DNA of 63,189 bases, the filler included, from Rhabdomonas costata (lineage: Eukaryota): NCBI GenBank assembly GCA_019059605.1. It is 30 parts of 30 records of this genome, joined end to end, with 100 filler letters (N's around TTAATTAATTAA, not from the genome) between each part and the next. Parts side by side here need not be neighbours in the genome. Positions count along the whole stretch, not along the records: positions 48,532 to 50,540 come from JAHMHO010006472.1; positions 50,641 to 52,649 come from JAHMHO010006473.1; positions 52,750 to 54,757 come from JAHMHO010006474.1; positions 54,858 to 56,864 come from JAHMHO010006475.1; positions 56,965 to 58,973 come from JAHMHO010006476.1; positions 59,074 to 61,081 come from JAHMHO010006477.1; positions 61,182 to 63,189 come from JAHMHO010006478.1; 23 more parts are not named here. One strand, written 5' to 3'. Within the stretch, counting starts at the first letter, position 1; every line of letters starts with the position of its first letter. Below are positions 50,035-63,189 of the stretch, one piece after another. The notes under the pieces were generated by a model that was not told where the DNA came from, searched no databases, and was given only the letters and a program-made list of their open reading frames with translations. A program made the position numbers and the translations under genes.

Positions 50035-50377
50035 ATGGCTGACTTTACCGCGTTGATCGACACCTTTGCCGGGAACATCGGGCGCGAGCTTAGCGAAGAA
50101 GAGGTGGAGCTGCTGCAACTTCTCTCGGCTCGCGGTGTGGCGAAGGTGAACACTGACCTTTCCCAAGGTTTGCTTTAGCGCTTTGGAGCCGTCTTCACAG
50201 GATCTCTTGCTTTGGTCACCCATGGAGCTGATAAGGTCATTCGATTTCAGGTTTCTGCACGGAAGGTTTCTCAGTGCATCTCAGTGCAACTCACTTAAAA
50301 AGCTCCTCGGTATGTTTTCGGCTTCACTGTCGTTTCTTTTTTGCACGCAGGTTTATACCTGGAAGTTGGAAGGATAA
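50035..50377 (+). CDS. Putative small two-exon ORF (45 aa), unknown function
   Basis: Exon 50035-50145 (MADFTALIDTFAGNIGRELSEEEVELLQLLSARGVAK, GC3-rich, AAG|GTGAAC donor) joins a CGCAG acceptor at 50351 (VYTWKLEG*). Confidence 0.35.
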
Positions 50378-50996
50378 TCTGAAATCCGGAAAGGCTTGTT
50401 GTCTGTCCGTGGAATCCGGAATCAAGAAAATCCAACGCTCGTCCTCCTTTGCTCGGATTCACCCGAGAAGTTGTCTCACTGAGTGTCTGTGAGGGCTCAA
50501 GCATGAAAAGATAATTTGAAACCTTTTAATCCACCACACCNNNNNNNNNNNNNNNNNNNNNNNNNNNNNNNNNNNNNNNNNNNNTTAATTAATTAANNNN
50601 NNNNNNNNNNNNNNNNNNNNNNNNNNNNNNNNNNNNNNNNGGTGTTGGGGGTGAAAGCGTATGACAACAGCATACAAATAACTCACCTTAATTCGTCGGA
50701 CATTTGAAACTGCTGTAAACTCCCTTGCTCTTATTTTTTTCCCAACCACCTTCGCTCGGTCGTCCGTGTCGATGTGATCGGACAACTGGCGTGTGGGTAG
50801 GTGGGGCGCCTGTGTCTGTACTGCAAAGTTTTGTGGTCCCTCGTGTGGGGATCTTCTCTGCCGTGTATTCTTTGATTTTCTTTTTTTGTTTTTGTTTTGG
50901 TGCGAAGTGAAGAGGCGGGGGTTTGGGCATATGGGGCGCCGGTCCTCGGCCTTTGCGGCGTGGGCCTGGAAGAACAAGCGGAGAGATGGCGTTCAG

Positions 50997-52434
50997 GCGG
51001 GCCCCCCAGGGACCCCCGAGGGGTCCTCCCGGGACCCCGCCGTGATCGAAAAGCTGAAGAAGATCCTGGAGAAGCAGCACTCCAAGGAGGTCCAGGAGGT
51101 CTTCTCAAAGGTTGGAAGCCCCGACGCCTCGCGTCTTGTTTTTTGTAGGTTAAGATCACAACAGCAGAGAGAGTATTCTTCTTCTTCATGGTGAAAGGCA
51201 ATTCAATAATTTACACTGGTGAGAACAGGTTGTTAAAAAACAAGATTGTGAAGGAGAGGTGAAGAAGCGATCAAGCAGAAAAAAAGCGGAAATTGGGGAA
51301 ACTAGCGGACGTGGAAGTATAGTGCTCCGAAAACGTGGGGCAACAATCCGTAAAAGAAGAGAGGGGAAGTCCTCGCATACCGTTCGATTCTTTTTTCAGT
51401 TGAGCCAATACCGCTCAACCTGAAACAGATGAAGGGCGCTTTCATCTTTTCCACGCGGGACACTTTTTTGTCCTGTTGAGATGACTCCTTTTTTGTGCGC
51501 GCACGGACGCATTCAGACAACACATGGACATTCGAGTGGTACTGTGAATAGTTAAAGTGGGTGGTGGCGCGCTGGGTGAAATGCTTTTGTGCTCTGAGAT
51601 TAATCGTTTGCGTTGACCCTCCCCCACCCCAGCCCTGTCGCTGCTCAGGTTATTGAGGTTTCCCGGGACCAGCTCACCACGGAGCAGATTCGCCAGAGGG
51701 AGAAGGAGCAGATGCTCCGGCTTGGCGCGCCAGGTACCGGGTGTGCGTGTGAGAGCAGAAGGGGAATGTTCAAGAACCCACGGGTTCACCAACGAGGACG
51801 AGGGCGAGATGGCCAAGCACACGGAGAGACAGCGCTGGTGGACCGCAACACAGGAAGCGACCGCGACCCAAGCCGTCCCTGGGGACGTTAAAGGGGAAAC
51901 CCGGCGGAGAAGGGAGGCCCGAAAAGTCTCCCCGATCGACGCCACCAGATCCGAGACCCCAAGTCACTGATATTTACGCTGACTCCATATCCCTTGTGAT
52001 TCAAGGCAAGGTCCTGACATCAGCAAGATTTGCGACGAATCCAAGCGGTTTTTTGGTTTGTTGAAGCGACTGATACACTGTATGTTTTTGAGCGATTACA
52101 TTCAATATGGAAAGGGACACCTCTAGTTTCAGAACAACGGTGTCGTTGCCCAAGTAGCGCGGACCGCGTGTGACTGTGATTCTATTTGGCTATATAATGA
52201 AAATAAAGCATCTGCAGACCGTGCAATGCGATGATACGTTTATGGTTTCCACTTGCTTGTCTGTTTTATTTCTTGCAGTGCTTGCCCTTGCTTGGGTGCC
52301 TCTATGTGCCAACAGTTCCCAAGAAGCATGTCACCCTTACGGACGCCCGTTCCCAAATGAGGGAGTTCCGAGAGAATCTTCGAATTGAGCTCAAGCAGCG
52401 GCGCCAGGGAGAGATCGCGGACAATCCGACCAAG
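50997..52434 (+). CDS. Possible PRCC-like protein, internal exons
   Basis: Phase-compatible exons 50997-51110, 51649-51733 and 52316-52434: ...EVFSK|VIEVSRDQLTTEQIRQRE...GEIADNPTK. The exon structure is well supported; the family call is weak because the diagnostic RKHQI motif would lie in the next exon. Confidence 0.4.
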
Positions 52435-52825
52435 GTAACATTGTGAAGACATGCACACGCAGACACACATACACACGATCTCAGCCTCGGCACAATTGCA
52501 CATTGCAAGGGAACCGACAGAAACAGAAACCCGAGATACCGGCCTCGAATCAGAGAAATTTTGTTCGCACGCAACATGCATTCCGGCGACAACCAGCGCG
52601 GACTGCGGCCAACACGCACACGCACGTACACACCCGCGACCACAAAACANNNNNNNNNNNNNNNNNNNNNNNNNNNNNNNNNNNNNNNNNNNNTTAATTA
52701 ATTAANNNNNNNNNNNNNNNNNNNNNNNNNNNNNNNNNNNNNNNNNNNNTTTTTGGGTTGTCGTAAGCAACGCACAGAGGTAGCCACATTGGCACAGGCA
52801 CAGGTGTAGCAACGGTGCTACGTAC

Positions 52826-53575
52826 CTTCTTTTCGCCCCACTCCGAGAGAGCGGCGTCCCTGGCGTACTCCCGGCTGGCCTCGCGGGCCTTGCGGCCCTC
52901 CTCGGGGGACATCTCCTCCGCCCGCATCGCCACCAGCCGCGCCGGGGTGACCTCCCCGCGCAGCACAGACAGCCGCAGCCCCCCGTTGCCCGGAAGCCCC
53001 AGGCTGTGGTGCAGCGCCGTGAACTTCAGCCTCAAGCGGTCCGGGTTGCCCTGGAACACTGCCACAGAAACCCATACGCACATCAGCGCACAGCCCAACC
53101 GAATAAAAGGCACAAACCCAAGTGAAAGCATATTTCAACCCCTGGTAGAGAAAAGGTGACTCAGGGATGGAACACAAGGAGACAAGGATAAGCGGAGGGA
53201 AAGGTATAAATAGAGAGACCTACAGACCTACAACATATGTCATACTTGTTGCCATCCACCTGTGCGCAATCCACCTGTTCACCGCTATCAGCGTTGGGGA
53301 TTCGTTGCCGTTCGTCAAACGCTGTTGACAAGCTGGATTTGGGGGTGGAGGTAGGTCAGCCCAACACACTATTCGGAGATAAAAAGGGGTGCGCGTATGA
53401 ACAAGCCTACGCGTATGTGCGCATATGAACAAGGTTGACTGGCTTACTAAGAACGGAGTCCGAAGCACGTACCGCGATGCAGCTGCTCCTCCACCTGGAT
53501 GGCCACCAGCCGGGGGTTCTGGGCCCCAGGCTGAGTGTGCAGGGCAAGACCTTGCTCGTCAGGAACAAGCAAGGC
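52826..53575 (-). CDS. TFIIS central (TFIIS-M) domain protein
   Basis: Exons 53575-53473 and 53058-52826: LVAIQVEEQLHRVFQGNPDRLRLKFTALHHSLGLPGNGGLRLSVLRGEVTPARLVAMRAEEMSPEE. Confidence 0.8.
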
Positions 53576-54865
53576 CTGCAGAGCATCCCCACCACCACCA
53601 CATCGGGAGATGCAGAAGAAGGGTGGTGATAATTGAAGAGAAAGGGAGGGCACATCTGGAGAAAAAATTCTGACCGTTCCAATGAAGGCCGAGCAGAAAC
53701 AAGCCAGGAGTCCTTCCAATGCCCATACACAAATGCCTCCCGGCACTCTCGGCCGGTGTGCGCATGAATGTTGGGCGCATAGCGCGTTTGGTGTTACACG
53801 CTTGGTTATTGGTGACCGCTGTTGAGAGACGGGTGCACGTGCAGTTCGCCGCGGGTGCCCGCGAGGTGCGTCGGAGAGGGGTAGTGGGGTACCGGCTCAC
53901 CGCCATTCGATGAGAATGTGTAGCTCACTCTTCTTTTTTTCGGTCGGTATTGAATGACAATTAAAAGAGTTTGACTGGAATTGTTGGGGAAATCAGAAAA
54001 GCAGAGAATAGCAGAGGAGAATGGGGTGGTGGGTGGGTCAAAATTCATGACATCACCTGATACAGGCGGTGCACCATTGTGTTCCGAGGGCGGGAGTCAT
54101 GGATGTCGAAGTCCACGTCAGTGTATGAGCCCCAGGAAGAAACGTCCAGCGGGGAGGCCGTCATAGGGGAGCTGCTCACACACATATACACGTCCACAAT
54201 ACTGCAGGAAGGATCAGCAACCCATCGGCACCTTCCACCGCTCCACTCTAGAAGTGAGAAATTTGTCTCAAAAGCTACTTTTCGAGCTTGAAGTGGAATA
54301 AAATAAAGCACGACACATCGTGAAATCAGAACACATTGCTTTTCGACCTCAGTATAATGAGAACGTTCGAAACATGTCATAGGCAAACGTGCCAGCCTGT
54401 AGTCTGTAGTGCTCCCATCACTTCAATTGGAAACTCTTACCTTCCTAATTTCCTAATTTCCGAGTTTCGGAATGAAACCTCTGAGGAAACTATTCCCAGT
54501 GTACTTCGGTGCCTTGGTGGTTATTGACTGAATGAGAAAAATAATCATTCTTAATGCAAACCAAGCCTGTGGGAACTGGCGGAAGAATTGTCTGGGATTG
54601 TTCGCAACAGGACACAAAAAGGGAGATACGGGAGGTGACGGCCGACGCTCCTGCTTGGCTGCTGGAATATAAGCAATTCGGACTCAAACGTCGCCCCTCC
54701 GCCCCCGCTCCCGACAGAAGATGGCTTGTGGGAGAATAGAAGGGGGTGCGGTACCACNNNNNNNNNNNNNNNNNNNNNNNNNNNNNNNNNNNNNNNNNNN
54801 NTTAATTAATTAANNNNNNNNNNNNNNNNNNNNNNNNNNNNNNNNNNNNNNNNNNNNGGTGTTGG

Positions 54866-55236
54866 TTGTCCCCATTTTCGGCTTTTGGCCTATCCTCCTT
54901 CACCCGCGGAGGACCTGGCTGTGTGTGTGTGTGTTGGTTGTTGCGGTTGCCACAAGAATCCGCTTGTGCCTCTGAGCACCGGGTCCGTCTCTCGGGTTCG
55001 TTCCAGGCGCTCCTCCCTGGGGTGTACAAAGGGACACCGTTAGAACTTGCATGACATTCCGCGCCAGCATCGCACTCGTGGGCCCTATCCTATCCCTCGG
55101 TCCCTGGCCCTCTTCTCGCTCCCGTAGCTGTTGCACTCTCGCTGGCGGTGCTTCCTTCGAAGGGCGACTTTGGTTTTTGGCGGGTGCTGTCCCCATTTTC
55201 GGCTTTTGGCCTATTCTCCTTCACCCGCAGAGGACC
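54866..55236. repeat. ~48-bp dispersed direct repeat (two mismatches)
   Basis: gtccccattttcggcttttggcctat(c/t)ctccttcacccgc(g/a)gaggacc occurs at ~54866 and ~55189. Confidence 0.85.
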
Positions 55237-55305
55237 GGGGGCTGGAATTCGTTGCCTCTTCTTTCTGGCCATCACTGGCCTTTGTGGAAGGCCCCTGGGT
55301 GATTA

Positions 55306-56320
<1,015 letters not shown>

Positions 56321-59319
56321 CTGAGTGGCGCTGCAGTCCCGCACCCCGCGCTGCATCGCCGCTGCACCAAAACAAACGCACGTAAACAAACCTTCCGCTC
56401 GCAAGGCTTGTGTTTTATAACAAACCAAGCCCCTTTAAGGTTAATTAATTGTAACTGTACCCACTTTTTTAAGTACCGTGAAGGTATTAATAATGGATCA
56501 GTGCCAACAATGGATCCATGAATCAAGGTCCTGGTTTGGTTGATCCATTATTTGATTATCCATTATTGTTCTCCTTGGAAAGGCGAAAACATCTCGGTTC
56601 CAGTGACGTTTGCAAAAACCTAGATTTTCTTTGATGGAGAACAGTTTTTATGACCAATGCAAAATAAATGGAACTCGAAAAGCAAAAAATTCTTTCTTTC
56701 GGGAATTGAATTCCGCTGTTTTGGGTCGAAAACCACGTGCAGGCGTCAGTGGGAAACCCGACAAGCAAGGAGTATGGGAAATGTTGGAATTTCCATTTTT
56801 CATTCTGTTTTGCAATTTGAATTTATATTTGATTGCAAAACAGAATGAAAAATGGAAATTCCAANNNNNNNNNNNNNNNNNNNNNNNNNNNNNNNNNNNN
56901 NNNNNNNNTTAATTAATTAANNNNNNNNNNNNNNNNNNNNNNNNNNNNNNNNNNNNNNNNNNNNGGTGGTGGGTACCCATGTACGTAACTCTGTTGGCTT
57001 TTCTGGCTCTTGCGCTGGGTGCGGAAGAGGAGAAGAGTAGAAGAAGGCCGTGTTTGCCTGTGGCAAAGAGGTGGATGGTGGTGCCCACATTTTCCCTCGC
57101 CTTGGGATTCCCTTTCAAAAGTATTTTTTCTCAATTAAGAGTGGTGGTAAAAAAGCGGTAGAAATAAAGCAAAGCCTTCGGAAGAGAGCCATTTTCTTTT
57201 AAAGCCGTTGTAAAAAGACAGCGGAAAATGGACGCTAAAAGTCGGTAGGAATTGACACTACTGAGGCCGGTAGGTCGCACCAAATCTCTGCTACAATGTT
57301 ATTTGGCTCGTTTTCCATCGTATTGGCTCAAAGCCGGTTTACTGATACACACGTACTTTGCAAAAAAAAGTTCATTTGTGTATAAATTTAGTTCAAAATT
57401 CCTCCTTAACAATCCCAAAACAAGAGCGTTAGAAGGAAACAAAAATTACACAGGAAACCCTAAGGGTTCCACGTCGGAGTTGGAAAAGACGATTGAGATA
57501 ATGGAGAAGAGTGTGTGAAAACGTGGAAACTGAAGGCGAGTGTGCATGAATCTGAAATATTTGCAACAATTCATTGGTCTATGTTTTCGGGTCAAATCCG
57601 GTAGTTTTGTGTGGGTGGTAGTTTGGTCCAGCAAAAGGGTGTTTCCAATTAGATTCACTAGGTTCCATTAGATTCACTTGATCTAATGCGGCAGCAAATT
57701 TCAATGCAAGCCGATAGGTTGAAGTGACCAAAATGTCCGCCGGAAACCAAACGCAGGAATAAAAGCACAAAAAACAACGTGTATTGTGCAGGGAAAAGAC
57801 AGTAGCAACGATTAATGTAAATGTCATAAAGGTCATTGGTCCAAAAGGAAATTTCGTTGGTGGAAATGGTGGTGAATATGTGTGCTGTTGTGAGTATGTT
57901 TTCCCGGCGATGAGTGAGTTCTTGGACGCGGGACATGAATCTGTTTATGCCATTAGGAGGATCGTCACCGCCAAAGTGGCATCTTCCACTTTTCAGCGGA
58001 TTGGCTCCAAAACGCAGTGCAAATACCTAGTTCTCTTCCGAATCAGTCATCTCCATGACGACTGGTTTTTTACTCTATGGGATGTTTCAGGTCCATTGTG
58101 CAACTGAAATTGTGAATGTTTCTGGTGGTTCTTGGTACGTGTTGACACTTCGCTGAAGCTGCCTGAAGAAAAATGTGATTTTAAAATGAAGAGGGTAGGC
58201 GCACAAAAACACTCCGATCTAAAGCCACAGATAAGCTTTTCAGTAAAAACCACAAACGCGTTTTACGGCGGTTTGCTCAGCAATGTTTTTGAAATTTTAT
58301 ATGCCACCAAAGCCAGTCTTCTATTATTTCACAACTCGTTCTGAAATTACCGCTAATCCTCCACTTTAGCGAAATTTAATTGCGCGTCTAGCTAAACAAC
58401 AACATCAAATAAAAAGCTTGGTATATTTTTTGCTTTTTGGATGATCTACTTTTCGCCAAAAACGGACCAAATTATGAAACTGACGAAACAAATGCACACA
58501 ATGCACAGTGTTAAATTTTTATACCACTCCAGCCAGTCTATAGGTAATTTTTGTGCATCAAAGGTCCTCCTCCACGGATACTTTATAGGCAAAAACATAA
58601 TTCAAGAGAAAGGCAGCAAATGATGTCAAAGTCATCATTAAAAGCTTGGAACAATCGTGACTTCTAGGAGTGTTTTCTATCATTTTTGAAGACAATGTCT
58701 CTGCAACTACAGAACTGAAAAACAGACAGCATAGGCTCCAGAAACTGTTGTTTGTATGCTGAAAAACTGTCATTTTTGTGTGGTTTTGCGCCGTTTCAAA
58801 CAATGTGAAACGGCAAGGCCTCAGTAACTCCAATTTATTATATACAAATTTTTACCTTATTATTTTATTGTATATTTTATTATATATTTTCCAGATGTGC
58901 TCTCAGTGTTTATAGTAACATGATAACTTGTAAATGTTTGTCCAAGTTTTGGTGAATAGTTTCTACAAACACANNNNNNNNNNNNNNNNNNNNNNNNNNN
59001 NNNNNNNNNNNNNNNNNTTAATTAATTAANNNNNNNNNNNNNNNNNNNNNNNNNNNNNNNNNNNNNNNNNNNNGAAAGGTGACTGGCGGAGTATTTGACA
59101 GAAGTTCAGATAAGGAGAGAAAACTATTTAGTTTCTGTTTTGTCATCTGGTAGCCATGACAGCAACGTTGCCCATGCAACCGCAAATAATGTTGATCATG
59201 CTAACAGTGAGGACTTATAAACGGCAATACGATCAGGAAGGGGTTGAGTATCAGAAGCTGCAGGTGAAAATGGTCGGTGCTGCATTCCTTTACGTTTTGA
59301 ACACTGTCGAACGCCACAG

Positions 59320-60208
59320 GCGGAGACTTTCATGAAGAAGACTCTAAAGAAGGGCTCTGGGTGGGAGAGGCCCGACTTCAACACCGCGTGCACAGCCACC
59401 TGGAAACTCACCACAGCCTCTGGAGAGGTACATGGGGTGAGATGCCAAGTGGGTGGCGTGGATGGGCCGTGGGAAAATATTCTCCTCCAGTGGTTGATTT
59501 GAAAGGTTCGTATGGAATTCGAAGGCAATGCTACTTCGCGCTGTAATTCAAGGAGATAATCTGCAGAGGGTCCGGTTGCAGGGTATCCCGTGGGATACTG
59601 TGGGATTCCATTTGACGCCTTTTGCAGGGGTTCCAGGGCGGAGCTAGGCTTTCGGGATAGCAGCAGAGGAGTGCGATGTGTTTTGAGCCAAGATCCCAGG
59701 ATTCTGCCTGGCTGCTTATTATTGTCCGCCTCCCCTCAACCAGTCGCCGCCGAAAGTGCACTCCACATGAGGCATTATTGGACTTCGAAGCAACAAGTAG
59801 GTTGAAAAAACTGGTCTTTCCCTGGAGGGTGGTTTTCCTTTCGGCCAATCTTTTCCTTTTGAGGTGACGTGGACCAGATACCCCCACGCTGGTGCGCACA
59901 TCTCAAATGGGCGGTGGATGCGTATGATGGAGTGAGGTGGGGGGTTCTGTGGCTCTCTTGACGCTGGACATTGACTATTTTGTTATCTGGGCCAGGTTCT
60001 GGACAGCCGCGAGGAAGCCCAGTTCACGCTGGGCCTGGACGAGGTCCCTGGGCTGGTAGAGGATCTCCTTCCCACCATGATCAAGGGCGAGCACGCTCTG
60101 GGTCGGTTCACGGCTTCCAGCAGCAGTGGCAGTAGCAGCGGCTCGCAGGGAGAGGTGACGGTTGACCTCACTCTCTCAGATTTCACCAGAGCGCCCAAGC
60201 CATGGCAT
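59320..60208 (+). CDS. Multi-domain FKBP-type PPIase (FKBP52/ROF1-like), last FKBP domain before TPR
   Basis: Exons 59320-59427 and 59996-60208: MKKTLKKGSGWERP...GE|VLDSREEAQFTLGLDEVPGLVEDLLPTMIKGE...VDLTLSDFTRAPKPW. Confidence 0.8.
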
Positions 60209-61304
60209 GTGCGCCGTCGTCATTCGTGCTCCGGCTCTTTATCCTTTCCGTTCACTGTCCGCATAGCAGGTATGTTGAGGTTCTGGGTTGCACCTGGCAG
60301 GCATCTGTGTTTAGGTCTGCTTCTGTTCTTCATCAACAGTCATGCAGCTAACATGGCAGGCTCCTTCCAGGTGTTGAATTGCTATCTCACCGTTCAACCA
60401 GCCCGCACTGTGTGCGGTTTCCCCTTCAAATCGTTCACTACATTGGAGTATTCTGGTGTTTTCTGCCTCCCTCGGCGTCCTCTCCGTGTGCAACTATGGT
60501 TTGGTTGGTTGGTTGCTTTGGCTGTTTGGCTCCTTTTTTCTTTCCTTTCTTTCGTTTGTGCGCTGCTCCCCTTCCCAAGACAACCAGCTGTTTGAAATTG
60601 AATGCGGCAACACTCTCCTCCCTCTAGCTCTATTTGCGCTGTTTCTGCCATCAGCTGCTCGCATTCTCCCATTTTTTCCAAGCTGACATGCTGGGCTTGA
60701 TTTCTTAGCAGGCCCACCCTCTCTACAGCGGTGACACAATAATGTTTCCCATAAAAATTATTGTGCAAAAGTTGTTTCAGACTGGATTTCAATATTTCAC
60801 CATAAAAATTCAAATTTTAATAAATTTTAATCATTAAATTAAAATTTTTATAGCGATCACTATAAAATCTTTGAACTTACATATTAGAAAACAGAAATTC
60901 GTGGTATTGCAAAAAGAATGTGCTGCTGGAACACGTGCATCGCCCCCTAACCCCTGCGAGACAAAATAAGCTCACTTCGGGGACACGTGTACTGCCCCCC
61001 GCCCGGGGAGTGGCTTGGATCTCGCAGGGGTTAGGGGGCGATGCACGTGTTCCAGCAGCACATTCTTTTTGCAACACCACCNNNNNNNNNNNNNNNNNNN
61101 NNNNNNNNNNNNNNNNNNNNNNNNNTTAATTAATTAANNNNNNNNNNNNNNNNNNNNNNNNNNNNNNNNNNNNNNNNNNNNTGTCAGTGTGTTCCTTATT
61201 GTTTTCCTTGTTGCCAAACATATAAAGCGTGTGCCTTCGTGCTTCAGCTTTAGAATCTGTTTTTTGTGGGGTCTTGTGTGGCTGGCTTGACTCTCAACTT
61301 CAAG

Positions 61305-61559
61305 GTCCGGACTCTGAAGCAGCAGGCCCAGGCCATGGGGGACGAGATCACGAAGCAGAACATCATCCTGGAGGGGATGGAGGAGCGTTTGGAGCTGGTC
61401 GGGGACCGCATGACCGGGTTGACGGTGAAGATCGGGAAGTTCTCCAAGAAGGTCAAGCACAGCAACGTCATCCTGGATGTGGTGTGCTGCGTCATCCTCA
61501 TCGCGCTGATCGGGTACATCGTTTACCTCTTCAAGCCCACCCTGTTTCCAGGCAGCTAG
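61305..61559 (+). CDS. Qc-SNARE (syntaxin-6/8/SYP7-like), terminal exon with C-terminal TM anchor
   Basis: VRTLKQQAQAMGDEITKQNIILEGMEERLE (0-layer Gln) followed by the hydrophobic VILDVVCCVILIALIGYIVYLF and a TAG stop. Confidence 0.88.
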   Translation, partial: VRTLKQQAQAMGDEITKQNIILEGMEERLELVGDRMTGLTVKIGKFSKKVKHSNVILDVVCCVILIALIGYIVYLFKPTLFPGS

Positions 61560-62278
61560 GGACCCCCTCCCCGCTGCGGAAGTGGGAGGTGGGAGGCGAA
61601 CCTGGGCGCGAGGCTTCAAAGCCCTTGGCTTTGGGTCCGCGCTGGGTCCTGTGCTTTTGCCGTGTGGACGCCACCACAACGGGTCGCACCTTGCGGTTTA
61701 TCGATCCTCAGTGTATAGTTGCACCTGTTTGTTTTGTACAGTGTTGCGTGCTGCTGGGTGGAAATTGACACACCAGCGGAAACCTGCAACCCTTTCTTGC
61801 CGTGTTGCTATGTCATCCTTCGCACTCCCCTTCACTGGTTCCCTGCTTCCCTGCTTCCCTGCAGTTGAGTTGAGTGCTTTGTCTGGGCAGCGCTGGCGCT
61901 TGAGGTGGTCGGGGGGGGGCTTGCTTGTCATGGGGTGCTTGGTGTGGCTGGAAGATTGGAAGTGACGAATCTGAATGTGAAGTCGAGAGAAGGGGAGGGT
62001 TATTACAGGTAGCATGTGTGTGTTTGGACGTGTGCACGCCCGACGGAAGGGGGAGGGGGAAGGATAAAGGCCCGGTGCCGGCGATCTGAAGCATGCCATC
62101 GGCGCTTCCTGTTTGCCCGTTTTCACGGCCGATTTGGCTGCCGACAGAGTTTTTTTTTAGCGCAGATAGAACAAAATGGTCCTCAATTCGCCTCCATATC
62201 TCTTGCGGTGCGTTGTTTTCAGAGCCGACTCACTTTATCTCATTCATTTTCTTTTCGGGCCTCCCCACCCCTTCAAAA

Positions 62279-63067
62279 ATGTCTTCCTCCGCCAACGCCA
62301 AGCCACTGCAGGGGAAGGTCTGTCTGGTGACGGGGGCTTCCCGCGGCATCGGCAAGGGTATCGCCGAGGGCCTGGCCGAGGCCGGGGCCACCGTATATCT
62401 GACTGGTACTAGCGCGTGTCATTTCATTTCCCGCGTCCGCAAAATGGGTGCGAGGGGTCAGGGCAAAGACTTTTCCAAGGAACCCGGGATGACAATGCTG
62501 AGTTGTTTTGTGGCTGAACATGCTTCACTGGGAAAATGTTCGTGAAAGAGGAGCTATTCCGGGACTAGTTGAGGAGACTTCAGGGAAAGGTACACCAACC
62601 CAAGTGCACAGACTCCTAGGTGATGTCTTGAGTCATTTCTTGATAAATTTATAATAAACCACACACACAAACACACACCGTATTCCACCTCGCTATTCGG
62701 CTGTGTGGGTTGCAGGGTTGCAGGGTTGCAGCTTGTGAATCTTGATGATATTGGGTTGGACTACTGTGAGGGATGTTCGTCACTCACGTGAATGGCCCCC
62801 GCGCTGGTCACATTTAAATATAGAGGGTCATGGGGGGTGGCTTTGTATTTCCGGACAGGTCGGGTGTGCGTGTTCACAGGTCGGTCCACGACGGAGTTCT
62901 CTGTGGAGAAGCGTCTTCCAGGAACCATCGCGGGCACGGCAGATCTGTGCACGAATCTGGGCGGCAAAGGGGTGGCGCTGCAGTGCGACCACGCCAGTGA
63001 TGAGGAGAGTAAGGCTCTGGTGGCGAAGGTGTTGGAGCAGACCAACGGCAAGCTGGACGTCCTTGTG
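62279..63067 (+). CDS. Short-chain dehydrogenase/reductase, DHRS1-like, first two exons
   Basis: Exons 62279-62405 and 62880-63067: LQGKVCLVTGASRGIGKGIA...GATVYLTG|R...QCDHASDEE...GKLDVLV. Contains TGxxxGIG plus the DHRS1-type CDH motif. Confidence 0.9.
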
Positions 63068-63189
63068 GTACCTCCCCCTATTCTTTTGAGTGCGCGGCGC
63101 AGCGATGTCAGCAGTATGGGCTAGCGCAGGGGGAGAATATTCTCTCTCTGGAGCCAGGCAGCGGAAGAATATTCGAGAGCCCACAAAAA

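Noticed and set aside
56965-58973. AT-rich contig as a piggyBac-like transposase relic on the minus strand (NRFMSR, HPHKTTGF)
   Set aside because: The resemblance is too faint and fragmented to call without a profile search.
60203-60212. GC-AG donor in the FKBP gene (TG|GCATGT)
   Set aside because: A canonical GTGCGC donor four nt downstream at 60209 fits in frame.

Overview
This window is not a contiguous locus. It consists of 30 unrelated contigs of about 2.0 kb, joined by 100-nt spacers (44 N + TTAATTAATTAA + 44 N), so gene neighbourhoods across spacers mean nothing. The DNA is nuclear and eukaryotic, from an intron-rich protist with short GC3-rich exons and GT-AG introns of roughly 200-850 nt. 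A euglenozoan-like source is my inference, based on a bacterial-type AcnB aconitase, weak GTNY donors and AG acceptors just upstream of start codons. Most contig ends carry ~10-nt G/T (or C/A) tails and five carry perfect fold-back hairpins, which points to degenerate-primer whole-genome amplification. Splicing exons by hand recovered gene fragments that the ORF track mostly misses or misframes: TMEM18, a SOS1/SLC9C-like cNMP-binding tail, two ankyrin proteins, a globin-PAS sensor, AcnB, a DEAH helicase, a PARP, a TDY MAP kinase, ASCC2-like and PRCC-like proteins, a TFIIS-M protein, RBBP4/MSI1, an FKBP, a Qc-SNARE and a DHRS1-like SDR. Decayed Ty3/gypsy and other repeat relics are also present. 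The most striking item is a spliced, possibly N-myristoylated flavohemoglobin-type globin fused to a PAS-like segment carrying two Cys-Pro heme-regulatory-type motifs. No rRNA, tRNA or CRISPR array was seen. All family calls come from motif recognition by eye and were not confirmed by database search.
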